Source: a bacterium (lineage in GTDB: Bacteria > Electryoneota > JAOADG01). From it: a stretch of DNA of 64,000 bases. Below the pieces are notes generated by a model. It was not told the origin of the DNA. It was given only the letters and a program-made list of their open reading frames with translations, and made no database searches. The stretch covers positions 3,584,001 through 3,648,000 of the forward strand of contig OY820579.1 in assembly GCA_963681965.1 (NCBI GenBank), read 5' to 3'. Shown in pieces: positions 29,932 through 39,447 of the stretch; position 1 is the first letter of the stretch, and each line of letters opens with the position of its first letter. Both the position numbers and the translations under genes were made by a program.

Positions 29932-32012
29932 TCGTTATTCAAAAACGGTTTATCGCCCGATTTCTTGGGATTAACCGAAGAGCGCATCGACCAACTATCC
30001 TCATCGACCGGATTCGTAATAATTTTAGGTTCTTCCGGGACCGGAGTAGACATCGGCGATGGCTCTTGTGGGGCAATAAATTCAATTGAGTTGCGCATCT
30101 GTTCTGGTTGCCCATAGATGCCGAAATCGAGAATTTGTTCTTCTGGCGATACTTTTTCAGATGCGGCAAAAATTCGCTCGCGTCGTGCAAATAGAAAATA
30201 GTAGACAACAATTACCAGAAAAATTGCAATTATCACTCCACCGACAATAAACAAAGAAGGCAGAGTCTTGATCGACATATGAAAAAATCTCGGTGTTCCC
30301 GGGATAAAATCGGCATAAAAGATCTCGTTCGGCTTTAACACCGGTAGATCGAGGTAAAGCGTTTTGAAATCTGCTTCGTAGGTGCAGTTTCGATTTAGTG
30401 AAACGATTTTTAACAATTCCGCCGAAACGCCGCGTGGCGGTAACACTGCAATTCTAGCATCGGCAATATTCCGATCGCTCAAATTCGTGACCGATAATTG
30501 CAGCGTATCGCCCGATATCGAAGTGAGCAACTGCAGGCGATTGCGATTGTCAATCCATTCCGCCAATGTCGTTGTATTTACAAACCAAATTCGATCGGAT
30601 TGTCCGAATTTATCGACCAATACCGAAAGCACGCTGCCGATTTCGGGTGAAAGTAATGTTCCGGGATGAAGTACGATTCGAAACAAACCACCGATTTTTC
30701 GGATGTTCTCATAATCGGAGAAAAATTGTTGAGGCAGTGCCGCTAAAGATTGTCTCGACTGCGTTGCAAGGATATCGTTATCATCCCGGTTGGTTTTTCC
30801 GATAACGACGAGTGGCGGTTTATTCAATCGGTACTGAGTAATGATATCGGGGTATGCCGCTACGATTGTAGAGTCAAGTACCGATACTTTCATCCGATTG
30901 AGTCGCAATGCTTCGATTGAAACGGTATCAAGCGATGAAACGCGATACGCGCATGGATCGAAGCCCAGCGACCGGAATGTGGAGAGATCCCGTTGCACGT
31001 CGATCGCCAGTTCACCAAGGGTTGGATCGGATCTTACAGAGCGATCGGAATTAGCCACGATAAAATCGATTTGCTTTCCGGCTAGCGTCTTTAACAAAGT
31101 ATTGGATGATTGAAGAATCGCTGGAGATATCGAAATTGAAAAGGGATGGGAATACTTTCGTGCGATTTCGGGCAAAAGTTGCAGTGCTTCAACCGAATCG
31201 CCGATCCATGCATCCATCGAGACCGCATGACTATATTGACTTGGCCAAGGTTGAATTGTTGCGCGCATTTCACCGCGACACCAGTGAATGATATCCTGAT
31301 AAAATAGTTTCGTGTACGCTACATTGACAGCATCGGTGTCCAGTTCGCTGGGGTTGCAACCGATCCAAGCTAATCGACCATTTTTTTGGTCGTCTAATGC
31401 AACGAATCCTGCTTCGTCCGATTGCAACCGATCGAATCGGTTTGACGAATCGATACCACCGCGATAATATCCGATGGTTTCCAATGTATCGGCTGTCCTG
31501 AAGTAATAGAGATTGCCGGTCGGTTGGAATGAAAGCAACGCACCTGCCGGTAACAAGCCCGTTCCGGGATACCCAGAACGAAATTGAATTGCGACCTTGA
31601 CACGTTCGTTGTACTGCGATAATTCGAATTTACCATGAAGCAACTTGCGGGTGAATTCGCCGATTGAGTTGAGTTTCGATTGGTTCGGGCTACCGATAAT
31701 AACCAATCCATTCCCTTCCCGTCGATATCGTTCCAGTTCTTTCGAGATATTGTCGTCAAGAATTAAATCTGAAGGAACGACAATCACTTTAGCTTGTTTC
31801 AAAGCCATGCTCAGATTTGCGGTAACAACGACGTCGCGATTGCTCCAACCGTACTCCTTCATCGCCTGCTGAACTGTCAGTAGACCCGGTTTGACGGAAA
31901 GCGTCGAATCCGGAAGAGCGGGCGATTCGATCAACGCGATCGTCATCGCTCCAGCTCCCAATGGAACGGAAAGAAACAACAGAACAACCGTTATTTCAGC
32001 AACGAGCTTCAT
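29922..32012 (-). CDS. GATase-like + NodB-like protein with C-terminal TM (paralog 1)
   Basis: Signal peptide; PWPSQYSHAVSMD; IGGLFRIVLHP; IWFVNTTTLAEW; C-terminal TM and acidic/Pro tail. Confidence 0.7.
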   Translation of the reverse strand: MKLVAEITVVLLFLSVPLGAGAMTIALIESPALPDSTLSVKPGLLTVQQAMKEYGWSNRDVVVTANLSMALKQAKVIVVPSDLILDDNISKELERYRREGNGLVIIGSPNQSKLNSIGEFTRKLLHGKFELSQYNERVKVAIQFRSGYPGTGLLPAGALLSFQPTGNLYYFRTADTLETIGYYRGGIDSSNRFDRLQSDEAGFVALDDQKNGRLAWIGCNPSELDTDAVNVAYTKLFYQDIIHWCRGEMRATIQPWPSQYSHAVSMDAWIGDSVEALQLLPEIARKYSHPFSISISPAILQSSNTLLKTLAGKQIDFIVANSDRSVRSDPTLGELAIDVQRDLSTFRSLGFDPCAYRVSSLDTVSIEALRLNRMKVSVLDSTIVAAYPDIITQYRLNKPPLVVIGKTNRDDNDILATQSRQSLAALPQQFFSDYENIRKIGGLFRIVLHPGTLLSPEIGSVLSVLVDKFGQSDRIWFVNTTTLAEWIDNRNRLQLLTSISGDTLQLSVTNLSDRNIADARIAVLPPRGVSAELLKIVSLNRNCTYEADFKTLYLDLPVLKPNEIFYADFIPGTPRFFHMSIKTLPSLFIVGGVIIAIFLVIVVYYFLFARRERIFAASEKVSPEEQILDFGIYGQPEQMRNSIEFIAPQEPSPMSTPVPEEPKIITNPVDEDSWSMRSSVNPKKSGDKPFLNNDWN

Positions 32013-32015
32013 TCC

Positions 32016-32696
32016 TTACTTCCAGCTAATATTGTTATTGTTGGAATTGGTACCGCTACGATTGATCATCTGAGCCGCTGGTTTTTGATTCGGAATCGTA
32101 AACCGTCGGGGCGACAACGCCTGCATCTGCGGATCTTGCGCTGGTTCAGCCGGTTCCTGCTGAGCAACTGGATGCGGTTCATTATCGGAATCGGTGAACG
32201 ATCGTAAAAATGCCGACTGTGCCGATGACAAACCAGCGTGATCCGGTTCCGGTTGCGAAACACGGACTTCCGGTGGTTGTGCTCGCGACATTTGCGGTTG
32301 CGGAGCGCTGACCACTGGCGCCTGCAATGGTGGCAATGTCGTCGGAAGCGTCAACATGGGTTGCGCCGACCGTGCCGGGGCTACAACTGGCGGTGGTGCC
32401 ATTTGCAACACCGGAGGTTGAGTAATCAGTTGTGGCGGAACGGGCGTATGCTGTGCCGGAGCAGGAACCGGTGCCGGAGTCGGCGTCGGAGGATGCTGCG
32501 TCGGATGCAACGACGGATGCTGCTGCGTACCCTGCGGAGAAATCGGTACTGGTCGCGTTGCTGGTTGCGTTGCCGGTGCAGCTTTGCTACTACGACGTTC
32601 TTTGATCCGGAAGATCACATACGATGCAATCGCAATAATGAATGTGATCAAGGTGATTAAAAAGATAATGGTCGAAAGCAATGGAATGAGTTCCAT
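32016..32696 (-). CDS. Single-TM protein with long Pro/Gln-rich tail
   Basis: GGAGG before ATG 32696; N-terminal hydrophobic helix then low-complexity P/Q/A/T tail. Confidence 0.75.
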   Translation of the reverse strand: MELIPLLSTIIFLITLITFIIAIASYVIFRIKERRSSKAAPATQPATRPVPISPQGTQQHPSLHPTQHPPTPTPAPVPAPAQHTPVPPQLITQPPVLQMAPPPVVAPARSAQPMLTLPTTLPPLQAPVVSAPQPQMSRAQPPEVRVSQPEPDHAGLSSAQSAFLRSFTDSDNEPHPVAQQEPAEPAQDPQMQALSPRRFTIPNQKPAAQMINRSGTNSNNNNISWK

Positions 32697-32891
32697 CAGA
32701 CCTCCAAGCTGCCGCGAAAATCTGGACAATCTTCACGAGCAAGCGATCATACATGCGAAACGAAATATTAAGGTGAATATCGGTTCAGTTACGAATCCGA
32801 ATTCTTTGAAAACTCCCGGTCACCCGGATAGTACTGATCAATGCTACAATTACAATGAACCGATGACGAAAACACTTACAAACGGATCGAT

Positions 32892-34343
32892 TTACAGACG
32901 ACCAACCCGCTCGACCTTACCCCAATTCATCTTGATGCCGAGCAGTTCTTCCACGGTCGCAAGAAGTTTGGCAAAGTCAATCAACTGAATGAAATAGAAC
33001 CGGTAGATAATTGCGAATGGAACCAGTCGTAGTTCTTCTTTCTCAACCAGCACCGAATAAAGTGCCGCTACGGTATCGAGCACGGTAAGTTGAACCCACC
33101 ACAACACGATCAATGGCGACATGCCAAACCAAACTGCGACGATTAAGAACATTCCGTTGGCTAATACGTTCATGCCCGGCCAAAGTACCGATTCGAAAAT
33201 CATCTGCCACATTGTGAAAGTTCCGCGCCATCCGGTGTGAAATGGGTTGAGAAAGGTGCGATGCTTACGCAACGATTGGAGAATGCCACGCGTCCAACGA
33301 TATCGTTGTTTCAACAATTGCAGTAACTTCTCCGGCGCTTCGGTGAAACTGATCGCATCCGGTTCGTACTCAATCCGATACTGCTTCGAAATCATTTTCA
33401 AGGTCAGGTCGCAATCCTCGGCGAAAGTATCGGCATCCCAGCCACCGACATCGATCAACGCGCTCTTGCGAAACAATCCGATCGGACCGGGAATAATGTT
33501 CACTGCCTGAATGTAAGCTTGTGCGCGGCGCACAAAATTCAACCCTTCGACATATTCGAGTGCTTGCAAGTGGGTGATCATATTCACTCGATTGATCACT
33601 TTCACGTTCCCCGCCACACCGGCGATCGATGGATCGGAAAAGTGACGCATTGCCGCTCGCAGGGTATTTCGCGCCAACTTACTGTCACCATCCATGCAGA
33701 CAACCACATCTCCGGTTGCAACGCTGGCGCCGTGATTCAATGCGTGCGATTTACCCATATTGCGCTGAGTTAGTACCCGGACAATGATTGGACCGTACAC
33801 ACCCTGATGAACACCTTCCATCTTTTTCGCGATTTCCAAGGTGTCGTCCTTGGACCCATCGTCGATGACAACGATTTCGTAGTTCGGGTAATTCATCGTC
33901 AAGAGTGATCGGATCGATTGTTCAATCACCGGACCTTCGTTGTATGCCGGGACTAACACGGTCGCACGCAACTTTTCGTATTCCGCCGAGTCCGATGCTT
34001 TTTCCCGCGACAAGTGGAAATAGGACAACAACACCAACACCAGATAACGTCCGATCAACAGGAACAAGAAGAGCAGCAACGAAATCACCGAGACGTTGAC
34101 AATAATCGTCGGAAGCGAAATGTGCGTTCGGAGCAACGTGATATACGTGTAAATCGTAATCGCTCCGAAAATCACCAGTAGAATGATAATGACAAACCAA
34201 TAACCCCATTCCCCGGTGGAAGTGTTGACCAACGATTCGCCGGCAGAAAACGTCTCCGAATGGAGTTGCGCATGCTCATCGACCTGATGCGGTTCATGAT
34301 GTTGATTCTGCTTAGCGCTAGTTACTTTTGGTTCTTCCGTCAT
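32892..34343 (-). CDS. Processive GT2 polysaccharide synthase (PgaC/IcaA-like)
   Basis: PAYNE, DDGSKD, GKSHALN, DGD, LQALEY, AED, QRYRW; N- and C-terminal TMs; no PilZ extension. Confidence 0.9.
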   Translation of the reverse strand: MTEEPKVTSAKQNQHHEPHQVDEHAQLHSETFSAGESLVNTSTGEWGYWFVIIILLVIFGAITIYTYITLLRTHISLPTIIVNVSVISLLLFLFLLIGRYLVLVLLSYFHLSREKASDSAEYEKLRATVLVPAYNEGPVIEQSIRSLLTMNYPNYEIVVIDDGSKDDTLEIAKKMEGVHQGVYGPIIVRVLTQRNMGKSHALNHGASVATGDVVVCMDGDSKLARNTLRAAMRHFSDPSIAGVAGNVKVINRVNMITHLQALEYVEGLNFVRRAQAYIQAVNIIPGPIGLFRKSALIDVGGWDADTFAEDCDLTLKMISKQYRIEYEPDAISFTEAPEKLLQLLKQRYRWTRGILQSLRKHRTFLNPFHTGWRGTFTMWQMIFESVLWPGMNVLANGMFLIVAVWFGMSPLIVLWWVQLTVLDTVAALYSVLVEKEELRLVPFAIIYRFYFIQLIDFAKLLATVEELLGIKMNWGKVERVGRL

Positions 34344-34356
34344 AACGCATCCATGG

Positions 34357-37356
34357 TTACAGATTAATCGTTACGGCACCGAATACGCCTTGATACCAGT
34401 ACTCGCCGTCGGTTCGAACGGTGCGAAGATAAGCGTAGGACAAACCTAACGAGACGCGACGCGAAAAGTGCCAATCGAAAGAACCGGCTAAATTTCGAAT
34501 CTGATCGTTTGTCTTCTGTACTTGTCCCAAGCCACCCTTCAGGTAATATGAAAACTTCTGATTCGTTCGCTTGAATTTCACCCATGCACCAATGGTCGTG
34601 TATTGATCCGGTGACCAATAACTGCTGTCTACTTTTTGAGCAGTCACGACTTCATACCGACCGCCGCAGGTGAAATACTTCGACATATCGTACCCGATTT
34701 CTCCCCAAAATTCAGTCCGGTTCTTATTATTGCTGAAGGAGAGAAAATCAAGTTGCCCTTCGATCGACCAGCGTGGCTGAAGCGAGTGGGACAACCACAG
34801 CTCGACACGCTCCGATCGCAAACGTCGAAGAAAAGTCTGTAATTCCTTCGTTGCAGCGATATCGAAAATCGCTTCCGAATTCGCGTAGGTCAATCGTGTC
34901 TTCATTCCAGATAATTCGGTAATGTCGTCGGTGATTTCGTAATTCAGATCGGCACGAATGGCTTGGGTACGTCGCTTGGCAAATTGATAACCCTTCGCCA
35001 CCAAGCTGCCGTAAGTGTGTTTGTCGAAAGTGTACTCAATCCCAGCCAGTCCAAACCAACCGATTTCGCCATACCCGTTTTGCGAGAGTTCGATATCGCC
35101 ACCGCCCAGTCGCAATCTCAATGGAAGCGTAAAGTTCATCAACAACGAACCGGTTTCTTCGCGCATTGTATAGTCTGAATTGTCGGTGAGATATTGATTG
35201 TCAATCTTTACACCGCGCAAGAATGGTCCATTCAGGTCGCGTAGCGCACGTTTTGCTTCGGTGCTCTTCGGATCAAGTCCCAAAACGCGGTTGTATGCTT
35301 CATAAGCACTGTAGGAATCACCTTTCCAGAGGTAGGCATTGGCGATTCCCAACTGGGCTTCCGTCGATTCCGGTTTCAATCGCAAAGCTCGTTCATACTC
35401 AAGTACTGCATGATCGTTGTCGCCTGCCCACGAAAGCGCCTGTGCGAACCGGAATCGGTAATCAAAGTTTCGCGGTGCCCCATCGGCAAGCTGCTGGTAA
35501 ATGCGTTGCGCTTCGTCGAATTGCTTGTCGGCAGTTAGTTCCAGTGCAAATTGGAACCGAAGTTCATCGTCGGATTGACGGCGTTCGGACGCGTAGCGAT
35601 ACTGAGCAACCGCCTCATTGTGTTTGCCGTTGGCTGAAAGTGCTTGTGCATAAGCAATTCGCAATTCGAGACTATCCGGAAATTCGGCAATACGCTGCTT
35701 CGATTGGAACAACATGATATTATTGTTTTCCAATAACTTTCGATCGATATCTTCGGCTAATGATTTGAGGTAATTGTCTTCAGGATTCTGTTCCAATAAG
35801 ATTTTGATGTGTTGGCGCGCTTCGTAGTAGCGTTTTGCATCGACATATAAACCGGCGAGGCGGCGGCGCATCGAATACGATCCCGGATCGGCTAGAACCT
35901 GTTTCTCCAAATGCATAATCAGTGGCGAAAGATCCTTGTCGAGCATCGTCATACCCTGTTTCGCTGCGGAATTGGTGGTATCGATTGCCAGGATATGAGA
36001 ATAAAGACTCTTTGCTTCGCCGTAATTACCCTGTCGCCGTTTCGCTTCCGCCAGACCATAAAGTGTACTTAAATCGGAGGGGTGGGTCAGCGAATCGAGA
36101 CGGAACAACGTTTCCGCTTCGGGAAGATTCGAATTGGAGTACATCAAAGCATTTGCCAATGCAAGATTAGCTTCGCGATTTCCCGGCAGCGCAGTATTGA
36201 CCATTCGCAATTCTTCGATCGTTTCATTGGATCGACCCATCCAATACATGACGCGCGCACGATCCAGTCGCATGTAGTTATCCTGAGGAACCAATTTCAA
36301 ATAAGTGTCGTACAGTTCCAGTGCGCCTTTGTGATCCGGAATTGTGCTGTAAACCTGTGCCAATTTTCGAATTGCCGAAGAGTCCGTCGGATTGGAAGCG
36401 ATCCGTTTGCGATAATCACCGGTCTGCTCGGTAAATAATTTCTGTTTGAAGGCAGAAATCTCTTCTTTAATTCGTTTAGCAGCAGTATCTTTTGGCGCGA
36501 CACGCAATCGGAGCGATACCAGCGAATCGGCTTCGTAAATCCGGTTTACTTTCAAATAATATTGTGCTAGTTGCGATAACGCCGGACCTTGAGGATCTTT
36601 CCTGACCGCGGTAAGGATCTGTTTCTCTTTATATCCGGGTTGATTCAGGATGTTGGCGATTTTCGAACTGGCTTTGGTATTCTTCGGTTCGATGGCGAGT
36701 ACTTTTCGGTACAATTCTACTGCGGCATCCTCTTCACCCTGCCAGAAAGTGATATCGGCGAGAAACATTCGCGCTTCGATGTTGGTCGGATTTTTTGCGA
36801 TAATCGTATTCAACTCATCGGCACTGGCTTTATAGTTTCGGCTCCAACCCAACACTTTCGCATATTCCAACCGAACGGAGTTGTCTTCCGGCTTCATCTG
36901 CAAATACTGTTCGTACACTTGTGACGCGCGGGTCGACATGCCATTACCACTTAAGTAGCGGGCAAAATCCAACACCGTAGCTGCCGGTACATTCGGTTGG
37001 CGAATTCGGGCTTCGAAATCTTCGATCCGGTTCACCTTCTTTGTCCGTTGGACGCCGGTCTCGGATGTCACCATCGAGGCGATTCGCGGATCCTTGGGAA
37101 ACTGCTGCACTAGATACTTGACGTGAGTATTGGCGCGATCTTTCTGCTTCAATTCTTGTAAGATCTGGATCAGTTGCAGTCGGGTATCGATGTCTTTCGG
37201 TACTTGCAACAAGTATTGTTCATATACCGTTGCAGCTTCCATCATAATACCGCTGTTGCGCAACCGATTGGCACGAGTCAGCAATACTTCGGGAGTATCC
37301 GCCAAGGCTACGGAGAAGAGCAGCAGTGTCAAGAGAGAAATGAGTGTCGTTCGCAT
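34357..37356 (-). CDS. TPR-repeat protein with C-terminal beta-barrel (PgaA/BcsC/PelB-like exporter 1)
   Basis: Signal peptide; many TPRs (YAKVLGWSRNY, FAQALSWAGD); beta-rich C-terminus with YWSPD; paralogous to 22901..25921. Confidence 0.8.
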   Translation of the reverse strand: MRTTLISLLTLLLFSVALADTPEVLLTRANRLRNSGIMMEAATVYEQYLLQVPKDIDTRLQLIQILQELKQKDRANTHVKYLVQQFPKDPRIASMVTSETGVQRTKKVNRIEDFEARIRQPNVPAATVLDFARYLSGNGMSTRASQVYEQYLQMKPEDNSVRLEYAKVLGWSRNYKASADELNTIIAKNPTNIEARMFLADITFWQGEEDAAVELYRKVLAIEPKNTKASSKIANILNQPGYKEKQILTAVRKDPQGPALSQLAQYYLKVNRIYEADSLVSLRLRVAPKDTAAKRIKEEISAFKQKLFTEQTGDYRKRIASNPTDSSAIRKLAQVYSTIPDHKGALELYDTYLKLVPQDNYMRLDRARVMYWMGRSNETIEELRMVNTALPGNREANLALANALMYSNSNLPEAETLFRLDSLTHPSDLSTLYGLAEAKRRQGNYGEAKSLYSHILAIDTTNSAAKQGMTMLDKDLSPLIMHLEKQVLADPGSYSMRRRLAGLYVDAKRYYEARQHIKILLEQNPEDNYLKSLAEDIDRKLLENNNIMLFQSKQRIAEFPDSLELRIAYAQALSANGKHNEAVAQYRYASERRQSDDELRFQFALELTADKQFDEAQRIYQQLADGAPRNFDYRFRFAQALSWAGDNDHAVLEYERALRLKPESTEAQLGIANAYLWKGDSYSAYEAYNRVLGLDPKSTEAKRALRDLNGPFLRGVKIDNQYLTDNSDYTMREETGSLLMNFTLPLRLRLGGGDIELSQNGYGEIGWFGLAGIEYTFDKHTYGSLVAKGYQFAKRRTQAIRADLNYEITDDITELSGMKTRLTYANSEAIFDIAATKELQTFLRRLRSERVELWLSHSLQPRWSIEGQLDFLSFSNNKNRTEFWGEIGYDMSKYFTCGGRYEVVTAQKVDSSYWSPDQYTTIGAWVKFKRTNQKFSYYLKGGLGQVQKTNDQIRNLAGSFDWHFSRRVSLGLSYAYLRTVRTDGEYWYQGVFGAVTINL

Positions 37357-37366
37357 GATTCTCTCG

Positions 37367-39028
37367 TTAGTTTAACAGAGTCATATTTCGATTGTTGTCC
37401 GAAACCTGCGAGAGCAGATCCTGCTCGTTGATCGCATCGTCCGGAAAAACCGAAATCGAAGTGAATAACATCAACTGTTTGCCAAGAAGAACGCGTTGAC
37501 CGTGCGTTCCACTCTTTAATTCATTGATTACTCTACGGATAAAGAGTTCCGAACCTTCTCGATCACATTCAGTCAACATCACCAGGATCTTGTTCATGTG
37601 CCGGCAAAGTCGGTCACCCGTATTGCGCATCGAAATCCGGATCGTATCGGCTATTTGATGAAATGCTTGAACACCGTCATGAGGGGATTGCTGTCCGGGA
37701 ACTGAAGTGGTCGTATTGACCAACCGAAATGACACTAGCGAGAAGTTGCGTTTATTCGGGTAATCGCGAATGATCTGCATATTCATGATTTCTTTGAAAA
37801 CCGGATAGGTAACGATAGTGTTGTCGATCCCTTTACCGAGTTCGTCGAATTCATTCACACCACTCGGTAATTGCTGAACGGTCATTGCAGGAGTGCGTTT
37901 CGCTACGATCGCATCGAGGGTCTCGTGTTTTACCAGCGTCTTTTCGAATGCTTTGATGATTTCAGCCTTAACGACCGGGTAAACAAATAAGCCATCGGCA
38001 CCAGCCTGCTTCACCGACTGATAATTGATACCACCGGCAAATTCAGTCGCGATCACAAAAATTGCTTGTTTACTATTGTGATCCCGGATTTGTCGAAGCA
38101 CATCAGCCCAGTTGTCGATGGTCGAAGCATTGACTACGATCAGATCGAAATCCCCAATACCGAGATGCGAAACCAATTCTTTGGCGGAACTGTATTGCTC
38201 GATCTGGCTGTCGCGATTGAAGATGTCTTCGATTTCCTCGCGGGTCTCGTCATTCCGGTCGAGAATCGCACAGTTGATCGGTACATCTTGTAGCTGCGGG
38301 GTCAGAGTATACTTACTCTCGTTACTCATCGTCGGCGCCGAGACGTTCAAAATGAAACCGCGACCATATTCGATCTGTACATTGTAGGTGATCGGCGGAA
38401 AGAACGGATTGATCATCTTGTGGATCGAGAAAGTCTTCTGGTCGGGGGAAGTTCGAAGCGGAACGTCCAGAACAAAACTTCCGACTGCGGCATCTTCCAA
38501 CAATTCGACGATACGCGCCGCGGTTGGACTATTCGGATGCCCCGTTATCAGAAGAGTTGTTACGTACAATTGTTCGAGCGATTCAGTGAGCGAGTAGACG
38601 TAATTGGACAACTGCGCCTCATTGACTCGCGCCAACAACGGCACGAAAGTATCGAATACCAGTCGCGTGCAACCGTTATTCTTTACATACTGCTCGATTT
38701 CGCCGAGGAAATGAACAACTCCGCCTAACTGGAAATTGCCACTCAAAATCTCGAAGGGATACTCGAGCAAAATGAGCTTGTTTTCCATTAGTGCAGTTTC
38801 AAGCGGGAATCCCATGGACTCGCTCTTGATAATGAGATTGTCGAGACGTTCGCTGGAGATCAATATACCCGCTTCACCCGATTCGTATCCCGCAAGCAGA
38901 TACTGTAGAGCGAAGGTGGTTCGACCTGACTGAGCGGGTCCTCGTAACAGATAGGTTCGATTTGAGTACAGTCCGCCATATGCTGCATCTATGAAATCGA
39001 AACCGGAACTAATTCTAGTGTAGATCAT
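37367..39028 (-). CDS. KaiC/RAD55-like ATPase + receiver-like + degenerate GGDEF-like protein (BcsE-like architecture)
   Basis: ISSGFDFID..GGL, Walker A variant GPAQSGRT, RLVFD; REC-like FDLIVVN..AGADGLFVYP; GGDEF-like FSLVSF..RNTGD..LVML..ISVFPDDA. Confidence 0.78.
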   Translation of the reverse strand: MIYTRISSGFDFIDAAYGGLYSNRTYLLRGPAQSGRTTFALQYLLAGYESGEAGILISSERLDNLIIKSESMGFPLETALMENKLILLEYPFEILSGNFQLGGVVHFLGEIEQYVKNNGCTRLVFDTFVPLLARVNEAQLSNYVYSLTESLEQLYVTTLLITGHPNSPTAARIVELLEDAAVGSFVLDVPLRTSPDQKTFSIHKMINPFFPPITYNVQIEYGRGFILNVSAPTMSNESKYTLTPQLQDVPINCAILDRNDETREEIEDIFNRDSQIEQYSSAKELVSHLGIGDFDLIVVNASTIDNWADVLRQIRDHNSKQAIFVIATEFAGGINYQSVKQAGADGLFVYPVVKAEIIKAFEKTLVKHETLDAIVAKRTPAMTVQQLPSGVNEFDELGKGIDNTIVTYPVFKEIMNMQIIRDYPNKRNFSLVSFRLVNTTTSVPGQQSPHDGVQAFHQIADTIRISMRNTGDRLCRHMNKILVMLTECDREGSELFIRRVINELKSGTHGQRVLLGKQLMLFTSISVFPDDAINEQDLLSQVSDNNRNMTLLN

Positions 39029-39447
39029 ACACGACTCCGTGGAGTTGCCATTTGCACGTATATAGTACACTGTGAGCGTTTTAATTAGGGTGAAGAGGGT
39101 GTTATAGAAAGCGTTTAGTTGCCGTTTTAAAAATTTAGCATTCAGTTAAGATCTTAATTAATATTAACATAGAGACCGTTACTCTCTCGGAGATTTCCAC
39201 ATTTTGAATGGAAAATGGGTGGTTCTCGACGAGGTAATTCCCCTTCTAACGATCCAATGGGATATTCAAGACCCTACTCGATCTCGGAAAAACGTGATTC
39301 ATATCACTTTAAATTGTATCTAAGGGGTGTTTTTTTTATTATTTTCAATCACTACTAAAACGTCTCATTGAATGATGGACATATATTAGTATCCAGATCG
39401 ATCGACAACTCAACTTTTGCTGGCAATGAGAAAGGCACCTCGGCGTT

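Noticed and set aside
37367-39028. Circadian KaiC or active diguanylate cyclase
   Set aside because: Single KaiC-like domain with no kaiA/kaiB nearby; the GG(D/E)EF motif is absent
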